Source of the DNA: Actinomycetes bacterium
GTDB taxonomy: Bacteria > Actinomycetota > Acidimicrobiia > Acidimicrobiales > Bog-793
Length of the DNA: 64,000 nucleotides
Assembly (NCBI GenBank): GCA_021829645.1
Contig: JAKBPI010000001.1
Coordinates: forward strand, 136,796-200,795
Direction of reading: 5' to 3'
A program made the translations under genes and the position numbers. Of the stretch, positions 1-9,790 are shown piece by piece. The notes beneath the pieces were generated by a model. The model was not told the origin of the DNA. It saw only the letters and a program-made list of their open reading frames with translations, and ran no database searches. Every line of letters begins with the position of its first letter. Position 1 is the stretch's first letter.

Positions 1-198
1 TTAAATAAAGTTCTCTTATTTCTACCTCCGGATTTAGTAAATCATATTATGCTACATGAATTATGTCATATTAAAGAGATGAATCACTCTAAAAGATTTT
101 GGGAATTGCTAGCGGCAGAAGACCGAAATGCACAACTGGCCAAATCACGGTTAAAAAAAGGCTGGCAGCTCGTGCCCCCTTGGGCTATTGGCAGCTAG
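1..198 (+). CDS. C-terminal fragment of a YgjP/DUF45-type (M48-like) zinc hydrolase; 5' end lies off-window
   Basis: Frame 1 is open from base 1 to TAG at 196-198. The translation ...IMLHELCHIKEMNHSKRFWELL... has HExxH followed by NHS..FW, typical of DUF45/YgjP hydrolases. Confidence 0.6.
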   Translation, partial: LNKVLLFLPPDLVNHIMLHELCHIKEMNHSKRFWELLAAEDRNAQLAKSRLKKGWQLVPPWAIGS

Positions 199-328
199 TA
201 GCGAACAACTTTTTGCCTATTTTTGAGATGTTATTCGTGCTATCGTATGAAGTTGCTTATATTTACCGGACTGACCTACAAAAAGCCGCTCTTTTGATTA
301 TCATAGATAGAGCCATGGAGAAACCCAA

Positions 329-1018
329 ATGACCGACAACCCTGCATCCGGCCAAAATGGACCTGATTTTGGTTTTTTAACCAATTCACCAGTCGAATCC
401 TCAATTCTCCAACATGAGCCTACGATGCAGCAATCGGCCAGTAATACGACCATAGCCGGCAATAGTCCCGCCAAAAAAAAGAGACGTCTGGGTAGGGGTC
501 TTGCAGAATGGCTACTAGTTATTGTCATAGCTGCCCTAATAGCTTTTCTCACAAGGACTTTTGCCCTTCAAACATTTTTTATCCCTTCCGGGTCGATGAG
601 CCCTACTTTGCAAGTCGGAGACCGCATTTTAGTCAACAAAGTTTACGGAACCATCCATACGGGAGACATTGTAGTATTTCGAAGAGCTGCTGCGGACCCT
701 CAGGTGCAATACCAAGATTTAGTGAAGAGAGTGATAGGGCTGCCGGGTCAAAGGGTTACTTGGCAAGGAAATAATATCTTGATCAACGGTCAACAACTAC
801 CCCAACCTTGGCTTCCCACCCTAACAGGCGTATGTGCTGAAGTTCCCAGGACTTCTGGCTCTTTAGTGGTGCCCAAAAACGAATACTTTGTGATGGGTGA
901 CTGCAGAGGTGACTCTTATGACTCACGTTATTGGGGACCTGTTCCGTCCTCTCACATTATCGGTAAAGTTATTGCCATTGTTTGGCGGCACGGCTCTCCG
1001 GATTTTCACTGGTTTTAA
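329..1018 (+). CDS. lepB: Signal peptidase I (S26 family)
   Basis: 229 aa with an N-terminal TM segment. S26 boxes are present: IPSGSMSPTL (catalytic Ser), VKRVIGLPG (Lys box) and GDCRGDSYDSRYWGPV. GGAGA lies upstream of the ATG. Confidence 0.9.
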   Translation: MTDNPASGQNGPDFGFLTNSPVESSILQHEPTMQQSASNTTIAGNSPAKKKRRLGRGLAEWLLVIVIAALIAFLTRTFALQTFFIPSGSMSPTLQVGDRILVNKVYGTIHTGDIVVFRRAAADPQVQYQDLVKRVIGLPGQRVTWQGNNILINGQQLPQPWLPTLTGVCAEVPRTSGSLVVPKNEYFVMGDCRGDSYDSRYWGPVPSSHIIGKVIAIVWRHGSPDFHWF

Positions 1019-1087
1019 TATTTTTTATTGCCCGCAATTGCAAAATCTAAAAAAAATGGCAAACTGGTATCTGGGAAGGAGAAAACA

Positions 1088-2389
1088 ATGCCCAGAAATA
1101 CTTCCATATATAAAACATCCGGCAGCATCCTCAAAATATTCTCGGCAATTATTGTCCTTGGAGCGGGTGCTTTCGTAGCTGTTGCCGTATTGACCAAACA
1201 CAACTCATCCACAACAAACCGTTTGCAAACCGCAACCCAAGCTTCCCGGACTTCCGGCAATCTTGTGACGGCAACTACATTGACCAATACAGGCCGACCT
1301 AAGGCTAAAAAAAATAGCAGTGTTTCTAAAGCTATCGAACCCCACAACTCATCCACACAGAAACAAAAGAAACCTTCGGGAACGCTCGGCAGCAACAAAC
1401 TTTATGTTGTATCCGTTACTCCCCGGCAGGGCTCTGTCAACATTAGTCCCATGACACAAATAGCAATTACATTTTCACAGCCCTTGGCAAGCAATTCTCC
1501 GACTCCGTCTCTTACCCCCTCCACACCCGGCTCTTGGCAAATTGTGGGTAATAAAGCCATTTTCACTCCCACCGTACCGTTTATACCTCTGAGTGACATA
1601 ACAGTGTCCGTTAAAAATGGCCTGTCACCTATTGTATCTTCGACGGGAAACACTCTTTCGTCCGCTTATACTTCTGCTTTTAAGATCAAAACGGGTTCCG
1701 TACTTCGCATACAGGAATTACTGTCACTGCTGAAGTACTCCCCGCTCTCCTTTTCTTCCAGTGGCACCTCTGTCAGTCCGACAGACACAGCCGCCCAAAT
1801 AGAGGCTTTTTACAACCCTCCCAAAGGCAAATTCACCTGGAATCAGACCACATGGCCGGAAAACCTTACGCAACTGTGGCAACCCAATACTTATAACGTT
1901 ATGACCAGAGGATTGGTAATGGAGTTTCAAGCCGACCATGCGCTGCTTGTCAACGGCAAAGAAACCGCCGGTCTTTTTAACGACCTGCTGCAAGCCGTTA
2001 CCAACAACGACATCAACACCGGTGGTTACAACTACGCTTTTGTCAATAAAACACCTCCGGAAAGCTTAACCGTTTACCACAACGGCCAAGTTGTCATCAA
2101 AACAGAAGCCAATACCGGGATAGCTTCTGATCCTACATCGGACGGCACCTATCCTGTATTTGCCAAATACCGCTATCAGGTTATGCACGGCACCAACCCC
2201 GACGGAACCCACTACTCGGATCCGGTGCAGTTTGTTTCCTATTTCAACGGAGGACAGGCCGTGCACTACATGCCGCGGGCATATTACGGTATTCCGCAAA
2301 GTTTAGGGTGTGTAGAGCTTCCCCTGTCATCGGCATCACAAGTATGGCCTTGGCTCGCTTATGGAACGCTGGTAACTATCATCAATTAA
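1088..2389 (+). CDS. Membrane-anchored L,D-transpeptidase family protein (YkuD-like C-terminal domain)
   Basis: The track ORF starts at 1028, but ATG 1088 is preceded by GGAAGGAG. The protein has a TM anchor, an S/T/K-rich linker and an Ig-like segment. The C-terminus AVHYMPRAYYGIPQSLGCVELP matches the His...S-x-G-C catalytic motif of YkuD transpeptidases. Confidence 0.6.
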   Translation: MPRNTSIYKTSGSILKIFSAIIVLGAGAFVAVAVLTKHNSSTTNRLQTATQASRTSGNLVTATTLTNTGRPKAKKNSSVSKAIEPHNSSTQKQKKPSGTLGSNKLYVVSVTPRQGSVNISPMTQIAITFSQPLASNSPTPSLTPSTPGSWQIVGNKAIFTPTVPFIPLSDITVSVKNGLSPIVSSTGNTLSSAYTSAFKIKTGSVLRIQELLSLLKYSPLSFSSSGTSVSPTDTAAQIEAFYNPPKGKFTWNQTTWPENLTQLWQPNTYNVMTRGLVMEFQADHALLVNGKETAGLFNDLLQAVTNNDINTGGYNYAFVNKTPPESLTVYHNGQVVIKTEANTGIASDPTSDGTYPVFAKYRYQVMHGTNPDGTHYSDPVQFVSYFNGGQAVHYMPRAYYGIPQSLGCVELPLSSASQVWPWLAYGTLVTIIN

Positions 2390-2400
2390 AACAGCGGTAA

Positions 2401-3777
2401 TTATATTTTTGCGATATTACCAAAGCGCGCGTGGTTGGGGGCAAACGAAAGTTCCACGGTACCCGTAGGACCGTTTCTGTGCTTGGCAACAATGACTTCC
2501 GCCATGCCTTTATCAATTGAGTCGGGGTGATAAACCTCATCACGGTAGATGAACATTACAACGTCGGCATCCTGTTCAATTGCGCCGGATTCCCTGAGGT
2601 CAGAAAGCATGGGTCGCTTATCATTACGAGCTTCCAAATTTCTTGACAACTGACTTAAGGCTACTACGGGAATGTTCAACTCTCGAGCTAAGATTTTTAA
2701 ACCTCTGCTGATCTCTGATATTTCCACCTGCCTGTTTTCTGCGTTATTTCTTCCGGTCATCAACTGGAGATAGTCCACTATCACCAGAGAAAGATCAGAT
2801 CTGGACTTTATCCTTCTGGCTTTAGCACGTATGTCCATGATCGTCACATTAGGATTATCATCTATATACAGCGGAGCTTCACCTAAACGCCCGATTGCCT
2901 GATTAATTTTTCCAAAGTCATCCTGTGTCAAGCGCCCACTTCGCATACGCCCGGCGTCGACCCTTGCTTCCGCAGCCAAAACTCTCTGTGCAATTTCCAA
3001 GTGGCTCATTTCAAGCGAGAAAAATAGCACTTTTTCGCCCTTTATGGCTGCGTGGGCGGCTATGCCGAGTGCAAAAGCTGTCTTTCCCATGGAAGGTCTG
3101 GCCCCAACAACTACTAAGTTAGAAGCCTGTAAGCCGGCTAAATGTTCGTCTAAATCGATGTAACCGGTGGGTATCCCTGTGATGGCTTCTGTTCTTCCGG
3201 CCAGTTCTTCCAGACGGTCCAAGCTTCTGCTAAGCAATTCATTTAAATCTACTATCGTATCTGTTGAACGCCTCTCGGCTACATTGAAAACCAGTGACTC
3301 CGCTTTGTCCAGGGCTTGGGCAACGTCAGTCGGCAGACTATAGCCCATATCGGCAATTTCGTTGGCAACCCCTATCAGTCTTCTCAATAAGGCGTTTTCT
3401 TCTACGATTTTGGCATAATAAGGAGCTGAAGAAATGGCCGGAACAGCTGCCTGTAAAGAAATAATCTCTGCCTGCCCACCTGCTTCTTCTAGTAAATTAT
3501 TTCGTCTCAGTTCTTCGGCAACAGTGATGGCATCTGCCGGATCGCCTTTTGCGTAAAGAGAAGTTATGGCTTCAAAAATTAACTTATGGGAAGGCTTATA
3601 AAAATCGACAGCGGAGCAAAGTTCCAAAGCTGCCGCCGTCGCGTCTCTGGACAGCAGCATAGCCCCCAAAAGAGATTCTTCTGCATCCAAATTATAAGGA
3701 GGAACTCTCGTAGTTGAAAGATCGGATTGTCCCATATCATCTGATCTCATTGGGAATTCCTTGGCTGATTGCGGCAT
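2401..3777 (-). CDS. dnaB: Replicative DNA helicase DnaB (no intein)
   Basis: 458 aa with N-terminal PPYNLDAEESLLGAML, Walker A GARPSMGKTAFAL and the motifs DYLQLM and SQLSR. It sits downstream of rplI, as in Actinobacteria. Confidence 0.95.
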   Translation of the reverse strand: MPQSAKEFPMRSDDMGQSDLSTTRVPPYNLDAEESLLGAMLLSRDATAAALELCSAVDFYKPSHKLIFEAITSLYAKGDPADAITVAEELRRNNLLEEAGGQAEIISLQAAVPAISSAPYYAKIVEENALLRRLIGVANEIADMGYSLPTDVAQALDKAESLVFNVAERRSTDTIVDLNELLSRSLDRLEELAGRTEAITGIPTGYIDLDEHLAGLQASNLVVVGARPSMGKTAFALGIAAHAAIKGEKVLFFSLEMSHLEIAQRVLAAEARVDAGRMRSGRLTQDDFGKINQAIGRLGEAPLYIDDNPNVTIMDIRAKARRIKSRSDLSLVIVDYLQLMTGRNNAENRQVEISEISRGLKILARELNIPVVALSQLSRNLEARNDKRPMLSDLRESGAIEQDADVVMFIYRDEVYHPDSIDKGMAEVIVAKHRNGPTGTVELSFAPNHARFGNIAKI

Positions 3778-3827
3778 AGAAATATTCTATAGCTCTTTCT
3801 GAGAATACAAATTATTCAAAGAGACAT

Positions 3828-3868
3828 TATTTGCCGACAAAGAAAACTTGCCTCTTTGTCGGCAAATA
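3828..3868 (-). terminator. Strong hairpin between rplI and dnaB (possible attenuator or terminator)
   Basis: TATTTGCCGACAAAG (3828-3842) pairs with CTTTGTCGGCAAATA (3854-3868), a perfect 15-bp stem with an 11-nt loop. There is no clear U-tract on the minus strand. Confidence 0.35.
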
Positions 3869-3911
3869 TAGTTCAGGAGTATTGGACTCTATAAAATTTG
3901 ATACTAAAACT

Positions 3912-4358
3912 TTACTCTGACTCTACAGCCACGGTGATCGGGAATTCGACATCAGGATGCAAGCGAACCTGTATCTGATGATTTCCCAATGTTTTAATTG
4001 GCTCCGAAGGCAGTACCTTATGCCTGTCAATATCAATTCCTGTCTGCGCCAAAACAGCTTCAAGGATGTCGTGGTGTGTGACAGATCCGAAAAGACGCCC
4101 CTCCGTACCGGAACGGGCTTTTACGACAATTACCTTTGGCACCAATTCCTGAGCAACGACTTCTGCTGCTCCCCTGTCCTTGTGATCTTTTAAATCTCTG
4201 CTTTTGCGCATGGCTGCTGCCTGTGCAGTAATCCCATCGGTGGCTTTCAAAGCACTTTTGTGAGGGAGTAAATAATTTCTGGCATAGCCGTCCGGAACGT
4301 CGACAATATCGCCGCGCTTACCTATACCTGACAGATCTTTACGTAAAACTACCTTCAT
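3912..4358 (-). CDS. rplI: 50S ribosomal protein L9
   Basis: The N-terminus [32 protein letters not shown] is the canonical L9 start. Its ATG overlaps the rpsR stop (ATGA). Confidence 0.95.
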   Translation of the reverse strand: MKVVLRKDLSGIGKRGDIVDVPDGYARNYLLPHKSALKATDGITAQAAAMRKSRDLKDHKDRGAAEVVAQELVPKVIVVKARSGTEGRLFGSVTHHDILEAVLAQTGIDIDRHKVLPSEPIKTLGNHQIQVRLHPDVEFPITVAVESE

Positions 4359-4783
4359 TCTTCATCACCTATAGCATCAGCTTCAGCTGTAACTGAAGTC
4401 AATATTTCTTCTATTTCCACTTCGGCTTCTTCATTTTCTACCAAAGCCCACTTATCAACATTTTCATCGCGCGATGAGGATCTATTGTTTGAACGCTCAT
4501 TAGTTGTACGCTGAGTATAAGGCAAAAGAGCCAGTTCTCTGGAAAGTTTGATAGCCATTGCTACCTCTCGTTGATGCTGGGTGCAATTACCGGAAACGCG
4601 TCTGGAACGTATTTTTCCTCTATCGGATATAAACTTACGCAGTAAGTTAACTGCTTTGTAGTCTATGTAGCTTATGTTTTCTTTACAGAAAGCACAAACC
4701 TTTTTACGCATTTTGCGGGGATTTTCTTTTGGCGCCCGCTTGGTAGAGGTACTACTGCGGTCTCTGTCGTTGTTTCTTGCCAC
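4355..4783 (-). CDS. rpsR: 30S ribosomal protein S18 with long N- and C-terminal extensions
   Basis: The S18 core is [60 protein letters not shown]. The 142-aa ORF adds about 53 residues after LLPY, ending in an acidic tail. Confidence 0.9.
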   Translation of the reverse strand: MARNNDRDRSSTSTKRAPKENPRKMRKKVCAFCKENISYIDYKAVNLLRKFISDRGKIRSRRVSGNCTQHQREVAMAIKLSRELALLPYTQRTTNERSNNRSSSRDENVDKWALVENEEAEVEIEEILTSVTAEADAIGDEE

Positions 4784-4785
4784 TT

Positions 4786-5250
4786 TTAAAACGGCTCCTC
4801 TTCTTCTGTGTAGGCTGGCGGTTCTGAATCAGGTCGGTACTTATTTTCCGCCTGTCCAGCAGAGGCATAGTCTCCCCCCGCACCCCTTCTTTCATTTTTT
4901 ACAATTTGGCAGGTAGCCCAGCGCAGGCTCGGTCCGAGTTCGTCGGCTATCACCTCTACTCGTGACCGCTTTTCGCCTTCCGGAGTCTCCCATGTACGCT
5001 GTTCGAGACGACCTGTCACAATGACACGTGCTCCACGGGAAAGTGTTTCACTGACGTTTTCTGCCATTTCACGCCAGCATACAACATCAAAAAAAGAGGC
5101 CGCTTCTTCCCACTCTTGCGTCTGACGATTTTGCCAACGTCTGTTTACCGCCAAACCAAAGGTTGCCGTAGCTTGACCGCTTGGGGTAAATCTAAGTTCT
5201 GGATCTCTCGTTACATTGCCAACCAAAACAACAGTGTTACCGTTTGTCAT
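4786..5250 (-). CDS. ssb: Single-stranded DNA-binding protein
   Basis: OB-fold N-terminus [34 protein letters not shown], a Gly-rich linker and an acidic C-terminal tip EEEEPF. Confidence 0.95.
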   Translation of the reverse strand: MTNGNTVVLVGNVTRDPELRFTPSGQATATFGLAVNRRWQNRQTQEWEEAASFFDVVCWREMAENVSETLSRGARVIVTGRLEQRTWETPEGEKRSRVEVIADELGPSLRWATCQIVKNERRGAGGDYASAGQAENKYRPDSEPPAYTEEEEPF

Positions 5251-5277
5251 TGCAGCCCCTTTACCTGTTGATCTCTC

Positions 5278-5622
5278 TTAGCTCTTAGCTTTTGCCGTAG
5301 TTTTTTTAGCTTTAATGGCGGTCTGTAAAGTTTTGTTCTCGGGCTGTTTTACTATTCTGTGTCTGATAACGACATCAGAGAGACCGAGCATTCTATCTAC
5401 TTCCGCCACTAAGGATGGGTCGGCACTAAACTCGATAAATACATAGATACCTTCTGTTTGGTGGTTGATTTCATAAGCGAATTGCTTACGTCCCCAGGTA
5501 TCGATTTGGCCGGTTGTGCCGCCTTTGTCTTTTATCATGTCTGTTATGCGGTCGACAAAAGCTTTGACTTCGTCTTCATTTAACGACACATTAAAAATAG
5601 TTGCAATTTCATAAGGCCGCAT
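5278..5622 (-). CDS. rpsF: 30S ribosomal protein S6
   Basis: MRPYEIATIF... and WGRKQFAYEI motifs; it is the first gene of the rpsF-ssb-rpsR-rplI cluster. Confidence 0.95.
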   Translation of the reverse strand: MRPYEIATIFNVSLNEDEVKAFVDRITDMIKDKGGTTGQIDTWGRKQFAYEINHQTEGIYVFIEFSADPSLVAEVDRMLGLSDVVIRHRIVKQPENKTLQTAIKAKKTTAKAKS

Positions 5623-5807
5623 TCGGCATTCCTCCTCTGGACCCTTAAAAATTTAAGGGACCCCTTTTTATCGGGGCAGGCTAGATTTCAGACACATTAT
5701 AACCCAAAATTCCGTCTCTTGGCAGAAAACATATAAAAACATGCGCTCATGTATAGCAAGAACTTATACGATCCACATACCGTTTAAAAAGAGAGCAATA
5801 AAGAGGT

Positions 5808-6239
5808 TTACGATTTACTGTGTTGTCTCTTTTTATGCTTCAGAGCTGCGCCTTCAAAAGTTCTCATCAAGAAATTCCAATTGCAGCCAGTACAGATTTC
5901 GACTTCATAAAAGTTTGCATCAGGCCTTGCTTTCATCATGGACAAGAGTTCAAAACCCGGTGCCACCGGCTTACCGCTGCGCGGCAACTGGGGGCCGAAC
6001 ATGAAGTAAACCAGCACTACTTGATTGTTTTTGCAAATTGGACACTTCTCTCCGTTGGATTGACCTATGTGGTGTGCCAATCTCAACAGTTCAGGTTGTG
6101 CGTCACAAATATCGGCTTTGGATATCCTGCCCTTTTCAAAATCCCTTACCAGAATTTCTCTGGACAACCTGTATTCAATCCAAGCCGCGTTGGTATCAGT
6201 CACCCTGTCTAGAAACGACCTGCCGGATGCTTTTTCCAT
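5808..6239 (-). CDS. Small zinc-ribbon protein, probably the DUF5318 family found next to PadR/ino1 in Actinobacteria
   Basis: 143 aa with paired Cys motifs CPICKNN and CTGCNWNF. Its position, divergent from PadR-ino1, matches what I recall of actinobacterial synteny. The family assignment is from memory only. Confidence 0.5.
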   Translation of the reverse strand: MEKASGRSFLDRVTDTNAAWIEYRLSREILVRDFEKGRISKADICDAQPELLRLAHHIGQSNGEKCPICKNNQVVLVYFMFGPQLPRSGKPVAPGFELLSMMKARPDANFYEVEICTGCNWNFLMRTFEGAALKHKKRQHSKS

Positions 6240-6395
6240 ATCTAAAAAGGGTACATGAGATTTTCTGCAAGCAGTTCACACGGCGATAAAAATCTTTGCT
6301 CTCAATCAAATTTCACTTTTTTCAAAAATTAATCACTTTTTAGATATATCGATACGATATGTCATTCATACATAATTTAAGCTATACTATCCTTC

Positions 6396-7142
6396 ATGAT
6401 CGAACTCGCCATACTTGGACTTCTAAAAGAAAGACCCATGCACGGTTACGATCTACGTAAGCGTTTAAAAAATGACTTTGGCCCATTGTCCAACATTTCC
6501 TATGGCGCTCTCTATCCGGCTTTAGAAAGATTAGAAAAAGCCGGTGCTATAACCCCGATAGGCCGTGCCAGCCAAAATGTGGCTGCACCTATGTTTACAA
6601 CTGGATCTTTGGAAGGTGAAAAAGCTTCCTTCATGGCCAAGATGACCACGACAAAGGCTGTGGCCGCTATTAGTAATCACAGTACGCGGGCTAAAAAGAT
6701 TTTTACCATAACGGAAAAGGGTAATTTACTATTCGAAGAATTACTTGAAGACCCCGTCAGCAGAGATGACCCGAGGGGTTTCAATTTACGTCTGGGCTTT
6801 GCCAAACATCTGAGTCCGGCCGCCAGAATTAGGATGCTGGAGCGCAGACGTCTCCAACTCATAGACAGGTTTGAAGTCAGCAAAAAAAACTTGGCTCAAC
6901 CTCACCGTATTTTAGACGAATACGAACTCGCCATAGCAAAACATTCTCTGGAAATCGTCGCTCTCGATCTTGCTTGGGTCGAATCTCTTCTCGAACAAGA
7001 AAATTTGAGGGTATCTGCCATTCAAAGGCAGACTGATAAAAACGATCTGTCCAAAGATACACCAACTCTAGAAAACAACGTTTCACTTGTAGGAAAACCC
7101 CCAGAAACTTTTTCCCACCCACAGGTCGAAACACCTGTTTGA
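6396..7142 (+). CDS. PadR-family transcriptional regulator
   Basis: N-terminal winged helix: LLKERPMHGYDLRKRL...SYGALYPALERLEKAGAI. A long C-terminal domain follows, as in PadR subfamily 1. Confidence 0.85.
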   Translation: MIELAILGLLKERPMHGYDLRKRLKNDFGPLSNISYGALYPALERLEKAGAITPIGRASQNVAAPMFTTGSLEGEKASFMAKMTTTKAVAAISNHSTRAKKIFTITEKGNLLFEELLEDPVSRDDPRGFNLRLGFAKHLSPAARIRMLERRRLQLIDRFEVSKKNLAQPHRILDEYELAIAKHSLEIVALDLAWVESLLEQENLRVSAIQRQTDKNDLSKDTPTLENNVSLVGKPPETFSHPQVETPV

Positions 7143-7163
7143 GTAACAAAAAGAAAGGAAATT

Positions 7164-8249
7164 ATGGAAACAAACCAGAAAAAGATAAAGGTCGCCATAG
7201 CCGGCGTCGGAAACTGTGCCAGTGCGCTTATCCAAGGAGTCCACTATTATGCCGGCGCTAACGCCGACGAACAAGTGCCGGGGCTCATGAATGTGGTACT
7301 GGGCAATTACCATGTCTCTGATATCGAATTTGTAGCTGCTTTTGATGTAGATTCGACAAAAGTGGGTATAGACCTCTCGAAAGCGATTTCCGCCGGTGAG
7401 AATAATACTATTCGCTTCAGTGACGTCCCGGAGTTGTCCGTGGACGTGAGCAGGGGACCCACATTGGACGGTTTAGGTAAGTATTACTCACAAACCATCG
7501 AAGAATCCCCCTTGGAGCCCGTCGATGTAGCTGAAGTGTTGCGTTCATCACAGGCAGACGTACTCGTAGCTTACCTGCCTGTAGGATCTGAAAACGCACA
7601 AAAATATTACGCACAGGCAGCTTTGGAGGCAAAAGTAGCTTTTGTAAACGCCATACCCGTATTTATAGCAAGCGATCCGGTTTGGGCAAAGAAATTTACA
7701 GATGCCGGCGTTCCTATCATAGGGGACGACATAAAAAGCCAGGTAGGTGCCACGATACTACACAGAATTTTGGCAAGGCTTTTTGAAGACCGCGGCACTG
7801 TACTGGATCGCACGTATCAGCTAAACGTAGGCGGCAATATGGACTTCATGAATATGCTGGAAAGAGAGCGTTTGGAGTCCAAAAAAATATCCAAAACCCA
7901 AGCCGTTACCAGCCAAGTGGATCACGAACTGAAAGCCAAAGACGTCCACATAGGTCCTTCCGATCACGTGCCTTGGTTGGAAGACAGAAAATGGGCTTAC
8001 ATCAGAATGGAGGGACGTAACTTTGGTGATGTGCCTCTCAACATAGAGGTAAAGCTTGAAGTGTGGGACTCTCCTAACTCGGCAGGGGTTATCATTGATG
8101 CAGTACGCTGTGCAAAGATAGCTCTGGACAGAAAAATAGGAGGTCCGCTTGTGGGTCCTTCGGCTTATTTCATGAAATCACCACCCGTCCAGTACCATGA
8201 CGACATCGCCAGACAAATGGTTCAGGACTTTGCCAACGACATAGACTGA
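7164..8249 (+). CDS. ino1: myo-Inositol-1-phosphate (inositol-3-phosphate) synthase
   Basis: 361 aa with Rossmann start [18 protein letters not shown] plus the motifs [12 protein letters not shown] and NVGGNMDF, typical of the bacterial/actinobacterial MIPS. Confidence 0.9.
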   Translation: METNQKKIKVAIAGVGNCASALIQGVHYYAGANADEQVPGLMNVVLGNYHVSDIEFVAAFDVDSTKVGIDLSKAISAGENNTIRFSDVPELSVDVSRGPTLDGLGKYYSQTIEESPLEPVDVAEVLRSSQADVLVAYLPVGSENAQKYYAQAALEAKVAFVNAIPVFIASDPVWAKKFTDAGVPIIGDDIKSQVGATILHRILARLFEDRGTVLDRTYQLNVGGNMDFMNMLERERLESKKISKTQAVTSQVDHELKAKDVHIGPSDHVPWLEDRKWAYIRMEGRNFGDVPLNIEVKLEVWDSPNSAGVIIDAVRCAKIALDRKIGGPLVGPSAYFMKSPPVQYHDDIARQMVQDFANDID

Positions 8250-8261
8250 TCTATATAAAAT

Positions 8262-8300
8262 GGGGCGAAACCAATACGGCTTTCGCCCCATTTTTATTTT
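8262..8300. terminator. Bidirectional rho-independent terminator between ino1 and cca
   Basis: GGGGCGAAA (8262-8270) pairs with TTTCGCCCC (8281-8289). A T-run follows and an A-run precedes it, and the flanking genes are convergent. Confidence 0.75.
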
Positions 8301-9700
8301 TCGGTAATCTGATTCACTCTATACCAGTCTCTCAACCTGGCCCTTGCCTCATCTTTACCGAGAAGGCCTTCTTCTAAACGTATCTCAAGCAAATAAGACA
8401 TGGCTTTCCCCACCATCGGGCCAGGGGTAAGAGCCAACTCGGCCATAACCTCTATACCGTCCAACTCGGGTCTGATGGCATCCAATTCTTCTCTGGCTTT
8501 CAGTTCCCCGTAACGATCTTCAAACTCGTCAATACTGGCCATCAGAGCATCGGCCTTGGCTTTGTTGCGAGTCGTACAATCTGCTCTAGTTAAAGCATTG
8601 AGTTTTTCCAGGAGATCTCCTGCATCCCGTGCATATCTGCGTATAGCGGACTCGGTCCATCCCATTTTATAAGTGTGGAACCTTAAATGCAGAGCTATCA
8701 GTTTATATACCTGTTCAATCTGATCGTTGGAATACCGCAAAGCTTCCAAGCGCTTTCTGGCCATTTTTGCCCCCACAATATCGTGGTGATGAAAACTGAC
8801 TCCGCTCTGTGAAATAGACCTTGTTTTGGGTTTCCCTATGTCATGTAGGAGAGCGGCTAACCGCAAAACCAAATCTGGGGGTGTTTTTGCAACAACGGCA
8901 ACCGTGTGACTCAACACATCTTTATGTTTATGTATCGGATCTTGCTCCAGAGACAAGGCCGGCAATTCAGGGAGAAATACTTCTGCCAATTTGTTTTTTA
9001 AAATAAACCACAGACCCAACTGGGGATCCGGCAAAGTGATGAGAAGGTTGAATTCGTCTCTTATTCTCTCGGCGGAAACGATTTTCAGCCTTTCATACAT
9101 ACCCTGCACCGCTTCAATAAGGTCATCGACGGGTGTTAACTTATATCCGCAAGAAAATCTGGCAGCGCGCAACATACGCAAAGGATCATCGGAAAAAGAC
9201 TCACCGGCGTCAATAGGTGTTTTGAGGATCTTGTGCTGCAGCAGGTCTTCCAAGCCACCAAAAGGATCTATAAGCTTGATTTCAGGTAATTTAATGGCCA
9301 TGGCGTTCACCGTAAAATCACGTCTGGCCAAATCCTCTTCTATGTCATTACCGAAAGCTACGTTCGGATGCCGAGAAGCCGAAGAGTAGCTTTCGCTGCG
9401 GTGAGTGGTGATTTCAAACTTTTGACCGTTGTGAAGAGCTCCTATGGTGCCAAATCGCTTACCTTGAGACCACATGGCGTCGGCAAATTTGGATAAAATC
9501 CTCTCTGTGTCTTCCGGTTTGGCATTTGTAGTGAGATCTATGTCGGGTGCTTGGGTGTTTTCCCCGTAAGGTCGCTTCACAAACCCATCTCTGACAGGAC
9601 CTCCCACAATGTATATGTCATAACCGGCATCGGTGAATTGCACGGCTAGAAACATTGTTTTGTCGATGACAGATTGAAAATTTTTGGGGATTGTGCTCAC
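8294..9700 (-). CDS. cca: CCA-adding tRNA nucleotidyltransferase / poly(A) polymerase family with HD domain
   Basis: Motifs YIVGGPVRDG and DIDLTT (nucleotidyltransferase) and LLHDIGKP (HD). The track ORF extends to 9841, but the conserved N-terminus begins near the GTG at 9700-9698. The start is uncertain. Confidence 0.85.
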   Translation of the reverse strand: MSTIPKNFQSVIDKTMFLAVQFTDAGYDIYIVGGPVRDGFVKRPYGENTQAPDIDLTTNAKPEDTERILSKFADAMWSQGKRFGTIGALHNGQKFEITTHRSESYSSASRHPNVAFGNDIEEDLARRDFTVNAMAIKLPEIKLIDPFGGLEDLLQHKILKTPIDAGESFSDDPLRMLRAARFSCGYKLTPVDDLIEAVQGMYERLKIVSAERIRDEFNLLITLPDPQLGLWFILKNKLAEVFLPELPALSLEQDPIHKHKDVLSHTVAVVAKTPPDLVLRLAALLHDIGKPKTRSISQSGVSFHHHDIVGAKMARKRLEALRYSNDQIEQVYKLIALHLRFHTYKMGWTESAIRRYARDAGDLLEKLNALTRADCTTRNKAKADALMASIDEFEDRYGELKAREELDAIRPELDGIEVMAELALTPGPMVGKAMSYLLEIRLEEGLLGKDEARARLRDWYRVNQITEK

Positions 9701-9790
9701 AAAAATACCTAAACATAAAACGTTACCGCCTCGTCTTTCGAAGCGCCGCTTACTTACTTTATAGCCTATAGCCAAACTGTATGGAGAGTT

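Noticed and set aside
5640-5670. Palindrome CCCTTAAAAATTTAAGGG followed by a T-run in the rpsF upstream region, as a possible terminator
   Set aside because: The loop would be too small for the full stem, and its orientation relative to the flanking minus-strand genes does not give a convincing terminator. It may simply be part of the rpsF leader.
5820-6212. 130-aa plus-strand ORF. Comparable antisense or embedded ORFs include 508-774, 12590-13000, 15750-16202, 25922-26344, 26719-27150, 31984-32433, 34372-34734, 36960-37325 and 45424-45735.
   Set aside because: All lie inside, or antisense to, genes with strong motif support, and none has recognisable motifs of its own. I treat them as shadow ORFs.
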